Positions 36,641 through 48,729 of a stretch of DNA of 64,000 nt are shown here, piece by piece (positions within the stretch are counted from its first letter, which is position 1; each line of letters opens with the position of its first letter). Below the pieces are notes generated by a model, which saw nothing but the letters and a program-made list of their open reading frames with translations, ran no database searches and was not told where the DNA came from. Source of the stretch: Camelus dromedarius (Eukaryota); the NCBI RefSeq assembly GCF_036321535.1, contig NC_087437.1, positions 115,880,001-115,944,000 of the forward strand, given 5' to 3'. The translations under genes were made by a program, and so were the position numbers.

Positions 36641-38289
36641 ACCTTCTGTTTATGAACGACCCTAGCATGCCTTCACATGGAATAGGTACGGCATTGACTT
36701 TTCGTGGTGTGTCAGTCGTCCAACTCTTCTGCCATCAACATGTTAGCTCTCAGAGACCAGAGGTGGCATTTACTTTCCCTGCGGCCACAGTGTGGTGCTG
36801 AGCTTGTCACGGCGGCTTGGCTGGCCCTTGAGTCGACGTGTCATGGCTTGGGTGTTGAAGTACAGTTAACAATATCATTATTCATCCTTCCAGTGCCCCT
36901 ATTCCCAAACTAAAAGGTCTCTTTGAGTATCGATAAAGAGCTTTGCACATCACAAGCACGCCTGATTCTCACAAGCCCTGCGTTACTGGCACTGCCTCTT
37001 ACTTGAACTGATAATTGCCCTTGAGAACGGAAAGAGTTAAGAAGCCAAGATCACCCTCCCTACCGTGGTGGCATTGGCCTGTAAAGATTTAGCCTGCCAT
37101 GCGGTTTATATTGAGATGTAAAGAAACAGCACTGCTGTCGGAGAGGCTAAGCGTGTTGGGCAGCAGAAACAACGAGACGGGCAAAGAGGAACTTGTCACA
37201 GGAGCACGGGTTCACAGGAGCGTGCAGAGAGGTTGCTTCAGAGACGAGTCTACCCCAGTGGTTCAGCACAATTCATGCATAGATGCAGCTCCATGGTGAG
37301 AACTCAGTGAAGCTCATCCTCGACCTGTAGGAGCCTCGTTCTGTCTCTGCGTGCTCTGTTCCTGACTCTCCACTTCACCTTCTAGCCTGGTTGTGCTGCT
37401 GGCCCAGCCCCTCCACTTACCCCATCTCTCTTTGTATCCTAATCTATGACTTTATCTTACTCTGGATCACTGACCTCTTCAGCTTGGCCCCCTTCTAATG
37501 GCTCCATTGGTGAGACTCCCCCAGCCACAGGCACCCAGATTCCAGGCATTATATCCTTACAAAGCCCTGTTGAGTTTTCTGTCTTCTTGGGTATGTTTCA
37601 CCACGTTACCTCTTGTGACCCAAGGACACTGCCACATTTTGTACCCAGGTCTTGCTAGTGGATAGTCCTTGTAGCCATTTTTATTCAGATGTGTTGGGTA
37701 TCTTCATCCTGGAGAAATCAAATTCTGTCTGTATCAGCATGTTTCTCTTTTCTGTAGTTAAATAGAAACTTCTGACTTCGACAGTGGAGGGGCCCTTAAA
37801 AATCCTAAATTTATCTCTCTGTTTGACTCATCTGTATCGTGGCTTATGGTGGCAATCATGACATATGTTTCTGTGTAAGTAGTTCAGGCATGCTATGAGA
37901 TGTCTTTAAACTCCTTATGTCCTTCCCTCATTATCCAAAAGTTGAGGTTTGCAATTACATGGCACGCATGTTTGTAAAAGATTTACATTCCATTCAAGCA
38001 AATTCTCCTTTTTCTAAAGCCAAGAGCTTCCTCCAAAGTAAATTTGCTGGTTATCGGAATTACAATACTGGGAAGAGATTTAGAATTATAGCATATTAAA
38101 CCTGGAAGAGATTCTTTTAGAGATTGTCAAGTCCAACCCCATAGTGATGCAGCTGATAAAACTGAAGCCCATGCCAAGAAAGGAATTTCCTCCAAGCTGA
38201 TCTCATCTTCTTTTCAACAACCTCTGCTCCCCCAGAACCTCATGGTCTACCATACATGGATACATCGAAACAGGAGTCCTTATACAACA

Positions 38290-39640
38290 ATGCTGGTGCT
38301 GTGTTGGACTTTCTCACGTTTTGCCTTCTGTGTTCTTCCTTAGAGCAGTCTCATCCACAACAATGCCTCTAATTTCCACAGATGGCTGGTGGCTCCCAAG
38401 TTTGTATATCCAGCTCTGACCTCACCATTGAGCCCCTGGGGTCTACTGAGCACCACCCAGACGCCCAGTGCATGACTCAAAGCCACTTTCTATTCCCACA
38501 CACTTTCCACCAGCCAAGCCCCAGCCCCTCACACCCGGGCTGCTTCTCCTATTCTCTGTCTTTGGTTTATCGGATCACCACCCACGTTATACCTAAGCCA
38601 GAAATCTGGGAACACTCCACCTCCCTTCTCTTCCTCAGCCCTGATACTTCACATGTCTCACCTCTGACCTCCCTCTACTGCTGTCTCTGCCTCTCTTTTT
38701 TGAAGTATAGTTGATTTACAAAGTTGTGTTAGTTTCAGGTGTACAGCAAAGTGATTCAGTTACACACACACACATATTCATTTTTAGATTCTTTTCCATT
38801 ATAGGTTATTATAAGATATTGAATATAGTTCCCTGTGCTATACAGTAGGTCCTTATTGTTTATCCATTTTATATGGATAAACTCCTAATTCACCCACCCT
38901 CCCCCAAACTTCCTCCTTGGTAACCATAAGTTTGTTTTCTATGTCTGTGAGTCTGTTTCTATTTTGTAAAAGAGTTCATTTGTATCATATTTTTCGATTC
39001 CACATATAAATGATATCATATGATATTTGTCTCTCTCTGTCTGACTTACTTCACTTGGTATGATCATCTCTAGGTCCATCCATGTTGCTGCAAACGGCAT
39101 TATGTCATCCTTTTTCATGGTGGAGTTATATTCCATTGTGTACCTATTCCTCATCTTCTTTATCCAGCCATCTGTTGATGGGTGTTTAGGTTGCCCACAT
39201 CTTGGCTATTTTGCTGCTATCTCTTAAAGGGGCTGCTGATGTTGCTTCCCTCTGCCTCTGGCCTCACCAGCAGGTTTACCTTGAAACAATCCTGGGGGAA
39301 TCTATGTAAAATGCAGACTTCCACGCACACCTGCTTGAAAATTGTGAGTCCTCTAGCAAGTAAGCATGCAGTCCTTGTCCTTTAACCAGGGCCAGCTGTC
39401 TGGATGGTTCTGTCTTCTCAACCCACATCCTAGTTACAGGTACCTTCCTGCCTTGGCAGTCATTGTTCCCTCTGCCTAGACACCCAATTTCCATTTCCTC
39501 CTCGTGCTCCCAAATTTTTCACTAAGAGCTCCACTGGGTACCACTCAGTCTCTGCCGTTTTCCTCCACTCTTCCTGATTCTTTTCCCTGAATTTTATTTC
39601 TAAGCATGCTCATGTTCAAGTGTGTTCATGGTCACTGCAT
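38290..39640 (+). mobile_element. L2 LINE remnant split by a younger L1
   Basis: CTCCCAAGTTTGTATATCCAGCTCTGACCTC and AAGCCAGAAATCTGGGA are typical of the L2 RT/3' region. The pyrimidine-rich pattern resumes after 39210. Confidence 0.6.
38696..39210 (-). mobile_element. 5'-truncated L1 (ORF2 end + 3'UTR)
   Basis: It reads TGAAGTATAGTTGATTTACAA...GGTAACCATAAGTTTGTTTTCTATGTCTGTGAGTCTG...CATGTTGCTGCAAA. The antisense ORF 38939-39154 translates as an ORF2 C-terminus (MPFAATWMDLE). Confidence 0.92.
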
Positions 39641-40411
39641 AATTTATTATGGGTGTAGGGAAGGGAGTCTGAGACCTTTGGAAAAGTCAAGTCCCACCTC
39701 CCAGCAGTCCTGTCTGGAGGCTTCCATTGCCACAGCCATCAAGACCGGAGGAAGTTCATGGTAGACCAGGAGTCTCTGCCACTGAAAAGCCCTAGGATTC
39801 TGAGCAAGGCATTTTACTTTTGGGGCCACAGTTTCCTGGTCTGTTCCTTTCAGACAAGGTTGGCTGTTTGCTGAGGCATGTTTAGTAGCAGCCACCTGCA
39901 TGAAAAGGGCAGCTGCACACTCTTAGTTTGGGACAGAGTATGAGAATTGGTGATATTTACGATGAAAAAGACATATGTTTGCTTCAAGTCCTTTAGAAAT
40001 ATCTTTCCTCTGGGAACCAAAGGCTTTGATATTTGACATAATCTACTGGTTTATTAGTTGTAAAATTAGAAGAAAACCAGGGATGCAGGAATCTTACTGT
40101 TCTGGAGAAAAGAACTTACTTTGGTTTGAAAATGTATTGTTTATTTACTGTGTCTGTGCCCCTTGGATGTTCTTATTTTGAGAGAGCGTGTGAGTGAGTG
40201 AGAAGTGGAGCAGTCAGGGAGTCTAAAAGGAGCCTGGGTCTAAACGCTTTCTGTCTTGGCTTTGCTTTCTAGGTACTTACTATTAATCCCTGGAAGCTTC
40301 ACTTTGCTTCTCTGTGCAGTGGGGAGAGGTCGTGTCTGTGTGTCTTCATTCAGAGGCCCGTTGTGAAGAACAGATGAGGAAATGTGTATTCATACACTCA
40401 AGTGTTATATC

Positions 40412-40430
40412 TGTGCGTGTGTGTGTGTAT

Positions 40431-40467
<37 letters not shown>
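40412..40467. repeat. (TG)n microsatellite
   Basis: Seen directly; the pure (TG) run is at about 40439-40467. Confidence 0.95.
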
Positions 40468-40471
<4 letters not shown>

Positions 40472-41289
40472 CATTATTCCGTTTGGCTACCATGCGGGAG
40501 CCAAGGGTTATCGCCTGTCCTTGCTGTATGAGGACAAATATTGACCTCTGGCACTGGTACCAAAAACAACAGAGCAATTTTTCCTGAAACTTATAAGACC
40601 CAAGTCTGCCTGCCTCCCAGGAGACTACTTACCATGAGGGTCAACAGCTGGTGACCGTGCACCCCACACCCCCATTTCCAACACCCTCCACCAGAATACA
40701 AGCTTCCAGGACCTTGGCATGCTTCTTGGAAGAGCTGGGTTCTTTTTCTCTAAGAGGAACTCCTTTTGCAACTGTGTTGTCATACCCTTAATGGAATAAC
40801 AGAAACATTTAAAGTTTGCTGGAAATACTGTCAGGTTTGAGCAAAACTTGCCCACAGATGCTGAGAACATATACTGAGTGTCTTGTTAAGAGCATACCGA
40901 ACTCCTTGGGCAAAGTATTGACCCTCAGGGCTGGTGGGTATTTAATTTTCTTATTGTCTGACTGTGTTCTGTTTACCATACCTGGTAATAAAAATATAAG
41001 CTCAGCAGTTTGCTTGGGGTGTGTGTGTGTTTGTGTGTGAGATTTACACTCATGCTTCTGTTGCAGCTAGGGAGAACGTGGCTTCCTCCTTGGACCATGC
41101 CAGACATATACTTCTTTCTGACTGTCTGAAATGACAGAGGGGTTTTTAATGAGGGCAGTTATAACAGAGCTTGACTGTAGCTCAAAGCTACAACTCGGGC
41201 ACTGTGTGTGTGTGTGACTGCGTGCGTGTGTGTGTGTAGGGGGTTGATTCATGAATGCCAGGTTTCCTGGGTGGTGGGGAGGAGGAGGT

Positions 41290-41390
41290 GCTTTTCCTCC
41301 GCACGCGGCTCCCTCGCACGCAGAGGGCAGGGGCTGGCGGAGCCGAGTGCGGTCTGCGCGCTCCTCGGCAGCGCGGCCGTCTTTCTTTCT
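41290..41390. promoter_or_regulatory. Small non-repeat CpG-rich patch (candidate enhancer or alternative promoter)
   Basis: There are about a dozen CpGs in ~90 bp within otherwise CpG-depleted DNA, flanked by (TG)n tracts and an octamer ATTTGCAT at 41461-41468. Confidence 0.35.
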
Positions 41391-41974
41391 GGAGCCCAGA
41401 AGCAGGCTTTTAAGGATGAGGGGGAAACTCATCATAATTGATATATTTCAAACCAGCCATATTTGCATTTTGGATATTTTTATCTCTCTAAAAATGTGTG
41501 CTTATACTCCTCAGAAAACTGTGATTTTTAAAAAAGTTACAACCATTTAAAGGAACACTTACATATAGTGGGAGACGATAGTGCTGTGTTATGAACGTGA
41601 ATCCTCATTGGACCTCACCTCCAGGTTAAAACAGGGGCTACAAATCTCCCACCTTGTTCTCAGGGTTCTCTACAAACATGCCAGTGGGGGCCTCCAACCG
41701 CGGCATCCCCATGTTGTTCTTCCACTTTCCCGACATGATGCCGCAGCTAGTCACAGGGGGACCAATTTAAAGGGGAAACGCCGCATTCTGAGATAGCCAG
41801 TCAAAGAAGTGTTCTTATAATGTGGTACCACACATTGCCTTGAGTGGCTACTGAAAAATATAGAGAATTTAAGAACCATGAATTAGCTTCTCGCCTAATG
41901 AAAAACTCGTGGGAATGAAGAGTCAGCACGCAGCTATGGTTTGGGACAATAAAATAGTCCCATTTAGTTCACAT

Positions 41975-42180
41975 TTATTACACTCTGGCACTAGGTTGAG
42001 AGCATTGCTAGACTATCTCATTTAATTCCCACAAGGGCCTGATGAAATAAGTTTTAGCGCCCTCACTTTGGGAATGGAAAAACTGAGGCACAGAGAGGTT
42101 CAGCAAATGGCCCCGGGTCACAGAGCTGAACAAGAGTAGAGCTGGATGTCAAACACAGGAATTCTAACTCTCAGAACCAG
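41975..42180 (-). mobile_element. MIR SINE
   Basis: CTCATTTAATTCCCACAA...GAAAAACTGAGGCACAGAGAGGTT...GGTCACAGAGCT is the antisense MIR core. Confidence 0.8.
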
Positions 42181-44652
42181 AGCAGGCTCACAGAGGAAGA
42201 GCTCCCTTGTGTCAAGAAGGGTCAGAGAGTGATGTGGGGAGGGGAGGAGCGAGGTGGAATATTCCAGGTGGAGGAAAAGTAGCGATGGGGAGCCTTGGTG
42301 CCTGAGGACCAGCAGGCAGCAGGTGGACTGAGGCCAAGTGTGAGAAGAGTAGCAGACGGTCAGCTCAGAAAATCAGGGTGTAAACCATGGAGGACCATGG
42401 AGGGCAGGCCGAGTTGCTCAGGAGGGAGACAGAGGCTGGAGTTGGGGTGATGCTTGAAGCTGGGGGAGGAGGAAGGGTGCCAAGGCCTGAACTTGTGGGA
42501 GCACCTTGGGGAAACCCCGGGAGCTCTCTCTCAGAGGCTAAGGGAGTTTCAAGAATTAAGAGCTTGTCCACTGGGCTGTGGTACAATTTTACATAATATA
42601 GTTTTTATCCTTGATTTGCTCAGTGAAAGGCTCCTATGGTGATCTAAAGATATGATTCAGGGTAAAAAATGTGTAGGGGGGTGTTTGAAGGAGGAGGTGA
42701 AATTCTTACTGGGCAGGCCACGCAGGATGCTTTGGTGACATGGCCTCCTTTGCAAAAGGCTGAGAGTCCCTGCCTCATGAAGATACCCTTTCTAAGGTTC
42801 CTTGTGTACAGGTCACCCTGCTGGGTTTCTTAAGATACCGTCACTGTGGCCATGTTGTGGCCATGTGACCAGACTAGGGAGGGGCCTACTGCACTGGGGT
42901 ATCAGTACGTCTTACAAAAATAAATTACATGAATTCAAGGTGGTGCTTTTACATCACCTCAAATCTTAGGTGAGAGGAAAGGACTTGGAGCATCACCTGG
43001 GGTTCTTTCTTGGAAGCATGCTGAGCACATGAACTTCTCCTGCCTAGAGGGACAGACTGCAGGGCTAAGTGTTAGAAAACTGCTGGACCACACGGCTGCA
43101 GAATTTCTCCAAAGCTCTGCGTGTGTCCTCCCCTGCTCAAAACCCCGGGGGCTCCCCTCCAGGCTTCCCAGCAGTGTTTCATGAATGCCCAGTGTGGCTG
43201 GTTCCTTGGAATATTGATGAGTGACTCATTCCTCCTTTCCTAGAGCTCCTGGAAATATCATAAAATATAGGACAAGCGTTGTCACCCACATCATAGCAAG
43301 AAGTTTCCTTTGAGGAGAATGCTGAGCTGGAGTGCGGGGAGGCACCGAGAAGATCCCAGGCTGAAATCTCCAGAGAGATTTGGGAGCCTGCCTCACTGCT
43401 GCCAACCCGGGCAGGCGCGCCTGTCTCAGGACGCACCTGCTCTAGGTTCCACGTGCTTCCCAGGGCTCAACCACAAAGTATGGAATCTTGGAAGCAGCCT
43501 GGAATTCCCTCTCAGTCTCATTTCTCTCAATCTGTTGCCTCCCTTCTGGGCCAGCATCTCTCTGAGGCTCTTGTCTCACCTCCAGAGCCGTTTTCCTGGA
43601 ATCCGAAACCTTACAGTGGCCGATGCCTCCCCCACCTACCTTCGTCGCAGCCACCTGCTTTGCTAACCCTCTCTGTTCACAAGAGGAAAGGGGGAAGACT
43701 CCATATTACTTCCTTTCTTTTCCCTTTTCTTTTCCTTTTGCACATGATACAGGTTCCGAGCACAGGGAGTCCTCCGCTAGCTCTGCACTCCCAACTCTGC
43801 CCCATTCTGGGGTAAATCAGGACCTGGCTTCCACCTACCTCCCCAGGCTCATTTCCCATCACTCCCTGCTTCTAAACTCTGTTCCAGCCAAATGAGCCCC
43901 TTTGGGTACCGGAACGCATTGCCTTGCTCCATTCCTTTCCCTGCTTTCTTGGCCTGCACAGTTAGCTCCTACTTGTCTTTGAGGATCAGTTTGGATTTGG
44001 CCTCTTGTTTGACGTTGCCCCTGGCTACCCCTTTTCTAGTGACCATTCTTTGCATCCCTGTGCATACTTCTGTCGTAGGACCTGTCATTCTTGGAACCAT
44101 GATTTCTAGAGACAACAGTGATGACAAACTTAGGAACAACCAGAAAAATAAAAAGAATTCATCTCTTTGTTTCCAAAGAAGAGGAAGTAAAATCCCAAAA
44201 CAAAACTGAAGAATGAATAGAACGAAAAAGGTTTCCTTGCACAGTCATGAGTTTCCTGACATGAGAAGCTGACTGATCATTTGTCCAGAATGTTCCAGAA
44301 GGATTTCTGCTCGAAGTGGTGCAAAAAAATGACATGTAAGAGCTCTTTTTAAATTGTTTCAAAGATGAGGTCATAGTTCAAGGGAAAAAAAATCCCCAGT
44401 TTCTTTTGCTTTTGTTTGGATGCAGTTGTTTCTTTTTTTTTCAATCAGAGGTGATGGGGGTAGTGGTGGAGGTGAAGTGACAAGAACTAGTAATGACTGT
44501 TAACTGCTTACTTTGTCCTATAAGGGATGCTTAGAAAAGTTTGCCTGACCCAGCAGGTTGAATCCTCTTTTAAGGAGTTGCCCAAATCCAATGATGAGAC
44601 GAATACGGTCACTAGAATGCCTTTTGTTTGTCTAATGATGCACTGTTCTTTT

Positions 44653-44792
44653 GCTCTTTTTAAAAATTTTTTTTTGAGGGGGTGGTAACTAGGTTTATTT
44701 GTTTATTTATTTTTAGAGGAGGTACTGGGGATTGAACTCAGGACCTTGTGCACACTAAGCATGCGCTCTACCACTTGAGCAATACCCTCCCC
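44653..44792 (-). mobile_element. tRNA-derived SINE (vic-1-like)
   Basis: GAGGAGGTACTGGGGATTGAACTCAGGACC...AAGCATGCGCTCTACCACTTGAGC...CCCTCCCC is homologous to the other two copies. Confidence 0.9.
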
Positions 44793-45929
44793 AATGTTGT
44801 ATTAGGGAGCCCTGTGCAAAGGTACTGTGGCAGGCTCTTCTCTCTAGCCCCTTTGGGGAGACAAAATAATTTTTCTCCATTTTCTGGGTTATCCAGAGAA
44901 AACAGTTGCTGAGAGCTCTACACCCTGACTTTTAACTTCTGCCTGTAGTTTCCATTGGTAGGAATGAGCTTAGCTTCCTCGGCTCGAGCTGTGCTGTGTT
45001 CCCATGAGGCAATTTGCCATGTTCTCCCTCAAGAACTGGCTGGGTTGTAAATGAAGGGCAAGGGGTTCATTCGTCCATCCATTCACTCATTCACTTATGG
45101 CTCAGTCTTGTGAGGTATGATAATGAACAGCCCTTGGGAGAGCTATGATCAAGTTTTTTGACCGGAGATTAATCCAATGATGAAACTTAAGACTAAGCTA
45201 TCCACTGTTGGATAACATATGTGGAAATTCTCTAGTGAGATGGGGAACCCAATGGAGCACAGTAACAGTTCCTTCCCAAGCCAGGCCCCTCTTGGGCACT
45301 GTCAGTGTCCAGGGAAGTGAAGTGGATGCTTGTTTTCAAAACTGAACACATCCCTGCTGACCTGGGTCATAGGGGAGCCAAACAGGCAGCTGAGAGCCCA
45401 GTTATTGGAATCACTGAAAGTCAGTCTATTACTTATGCATGCATGAGAAAGGGCATAGGGGACAAAGAGATGTGCTACTTCACTCTCTCATCTGTGTCAA
45501 TAGTTATAAAAGACACTAAGTTGGAGGAATATTTTTAAAATGTTATTTTGCAAAATTCAATTTCATAACCAAATGTGACATTTACTGGGCTGGAGAATGG
45601 GGAATATTTATTGATAGAAATCATATCATTGTCTTGTGTTTCTTGCTACATTTTCAGCTTGAACTTCTGCTTGGACAGGGGAGGGAAGGGAGAGGTGGTG
45701 ACCCCTTCGTTAGGTACTTCACAACTGATTCTCAACAGCACAGATCTCTCAGGAGAAAGGAAAACAAGAAAACACCATTCCATTCTCCTTTGTTTTTTGT
45801 CCTTTGTCCTTCTTTCTTCTTTCTCTCTATTTACAAATAATTTCCCAATTTCAACTCCTAGGAAAATGGTATGGATGTACTTTTCTCTATTCCTTCCACT
45901 AAACACAACTGAAACCCCCTGAACATTCC

Positions 45930-46058
45930 AATCATACCTCAGAGATATTTTGGGCTCAGTTCCAGACCATTGCAATAAAGTGAATATCAGGATAAATTGA
46001 GCCACACAAATTTTTTTGGCTTCCCAGTGCATATGAAAGTTATACTTTACACTGTGTA
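45930..46058 (-). mobile_element. Tigger1 terminal fragment (Tc1/mariner DNA transposon)
   Basis: CATACCTCAGAGATATT...GTTCCAGACCATTGCAATAAAGTGAATATC...CACACAAATTTTTTGG...CCCAGTGCATAT matches a Tigger1 end as I recall it. Confidence 0.8.
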
Positions 46059-46059
46059 A

Positions 46060-46445
46060 ACATGTAGTTATCCTAAAGGTGTATGCACCAAACAACAGAG
46101 ATGCAAAATACATAAAGCAAAAACTGATAGAATTTAAAGGATGAATATGTAAACCCACAAATACAGTTGAAAACTTCAACATCCCTCTCTTAACAATTGC
46201 CAAAATAACTAGAGAGAAAATTAGCAGGGATATAGAGGAGCTCAGCAACACCATTAACCAACAGGATCTAATCAACATTCATAGTAATCGACCCAACAGC
46301 GCTAGAATGTGTGTACTTCTCAGGTGCCCACAGAATGTAAACCAAGATGGAACATACCTTGGGCCATAACACATACCTCATCAAACAAAATAACTGAAAG
46401 CATACAGACTATGTTCTCTGATCACGAGGAAATTAAACTAACAAA
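46060..46445 (+). mobile_element. Old L1 ORF2 endonuclease fragment
   Basis: It is decayed EN coding sequence: ...VYAPNNRDAKYIKQKLIE... and ...MFSDHEEIKL (SDH motif). Confidence 0.85.
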
Positions 46446-47849
46446 CACCCCCAAATTTATTTTCCTCTGTTTCTTTCTTTTCTATTCATTTTTTCTTTTC
46501 TTCTTTTTCCCTTGTGTGCCCCCGCCACCTTCTTCCAGGGCTCTGGCCTGCCCGCATTCTAAGTGCACTGTGAGGGTGGGTTAATGGAACAATTTTGGAG
46601 TGGGATGTGGCTTTCACGTCCCAGGGCTTTAAAGGAAAGAGAGAAATGGAATTTTCATTCTGGTAACCCTTTCTAGTGGAATTGTCTGTCCCCTTGTGGA
46701 GATTTACCATGACCTTCACCTTGTTCTGTTCTGACTGTCCTTAGGACCTTTCTAAATAAAACCAGATGAGAGAAGAGGATGGTTGAGATTCCTAGTCTGT
46801 GTCTCTGAAAATGGCTTAGCATCATTTGCGTAGTTTAAGTCATTTTGAGACAAAAAAAAAAAATTAAATGGAGCAGAAAAAAAGCTTTTCTAATGCCTTA
46901 TGAGACCTGAAATATCAACTGTAAACTTCTAATTCAATAGGCAGAAGTCGAGAGTGACTGCATCTGCTGGGGACCCTCTCTCCCTGTGGACCAGTCATTG
47001 CATAATTCTGTGCTGTGTTCACATGGCCCTCTCAGTGTTGCTGAGCTGTGAAACCCAGTCCTGCCCAAACATGCTGAATCTTTCTCAAAACTGTGTATTC
47101 CCAACAACAGGCTTCCCACTGACAATTCAGTGGTCCCTACTTGTTTGACAGTTATCCACGGGAAAAGAAAAACAACTCCTGCCACCGTTAGTTACAAGGT
47201 GGGTTATTGGCCAAGCACGGCCGGGAGCCTCGGTTTCTGACAGGCAGCAGCTGTTCAGGCTCCCTGTCCCAGAGGACAGCAGAAGGCGAGGGGGAGGGGA
47301 GGAGGTACGGTTCAGGGAGCTCAAGGCAAAAATTCTTCCCTAAGGCTGGATCCTCTGGGGGACTGGGCGTTGGGCAGATGGTGTTTGCTTTCTCCATCAT
47401 TCAGGAAGCTATGGCCAGAAGCATGGGGGGTAGGGATGTTCAGACATCATTTTCTGAAGCTCTTTAGGCTCCCTGTATTTTAAAATCATGTTAACTCTGC
47501 TTTGTAAATATCATACCAAAACGATTCCATACAATATTGCAGCATTCACTAGGCCCTGTGTAGGGGTGGGAATAGAATTACTCTACATAAGGCAGCAACG
47601 AGCTTAAACATTTTCATTTCCTTCTTGTGGCCTGGACCCTTTCCCCTGGAAACCCTGCTACCATCTTTCTTGCCCTCTCCTTACTCCCTGCTTTCACTTC
47701 CTGAACTCAGGGTGATTTTGTGCTTCTGGTCTTTATGTGGGAATCCACCCTCTCCGTTCCTGACTCCCTATCTCTAGCTAGATGAGCAACTGAGCCTGTA
47801 AGCAGGTAGTCTCCAAATCAGTGTAGAGAATGTCCTTGTTCCCAGGAGA

Positions 47850-48036
47850 TTCATATTCAAATACTTAAGGGTGAGGTATCCTGACATCTACAACTCCTTC
47901 TCAAATGGTCCGAGAGAGAGACACTCCACAAAAAAGGCAAATGTGATCTACGTGAAGGGTGAAGCATACAAGTATGTGCATTCTATTACTCTGACTTTTT
48001 TATTGGTTCAAAATTTTTCCGAATTAAAAAAAAAAA
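47850..48036 (+). mobile_element. Ancient L1 (L1ME-like) 3' tail
   Basis: It shows the CAACTCCTTCTCAAATGGT...GCAAATGTG...AAAATTTTTC pattern followed by an A-tail. Confidence 0.55.
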
Positions 48037-48382
48037 GGACAAACCCACCATGGTGAGGATAAGCCACCTCTCTTCAGCCTTCAGCCCGATCAATGGTCTC
48101 TGCATTGAGGGAGGTGTGTGGCTGGGCTGCTGACGTGGATAAATACAATGGTTACTTGATTTCCTTCTAGTCTGAGATCCTCTTGCATGGTTCATCAGTC
48201 AATACTCTGGATAGGGGTAGCATTGAGCGGCATCCTAATGCTTCAAATTCATTGCCTGTGGGCTCTTTCTAAGCCTAGATATAACTATGCTCCACTGCAG
48301 ATGGACTGAATTGAAATCTCTAGGGGTAAAAGCAAAGAATAGGTATTTATTTGAGCCATGATGTTTATGGAGAGATCTAATT

Positions 48383-48610
48383 ATTTTTTTTACATTTTTT
48401 TATTGAGTTATAGTTATTTTACAATGTTGTGTCAATTTCCAGTGCAGAGAACAATTTTTCAGTTATACAAGAACATACATATGTTCATTGTCACATTTTT
48501 TCCTGCTGTGAGCTACCACAAGATCTTGTATATATTTTTCCCTGTGCTATACAGTATAATCTTGTTTATCTATCTATATATGCCTGTCAGTACCTACCAA
48601 TTTCAAACTC
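48383..48610 (-). mobile_element. 5'-truncated young L1 3'UTR (close relative of the full-length element)
   Basis: It aligns by eye to 31020-31210 and has a perfect 14-bp TSD GGAGAGATCTAATT (48369-48382 and 48611-48624). The minus-strand target reads TT/AAAA. Confidence 0.93.
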
Positions 48611-48729
48611 GGAGAGATCTAATTTTAAGGTTTTCCTTTAGAAAACCGTGAAGAGACAAATCAACAAAAAGGAATTTAATTTTTTTGTGAAACTAGGAAA
48701 TGTCTATAATCTAATCCTAAACTATATAT

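Noticed and set aside
45646..46278. 210-aa hydrophobic minus-strand ORF
   Set aside because: It runs across antisense old L1 EN, a Tigger1 fragment and unique DNA, so it is a chance ORF.
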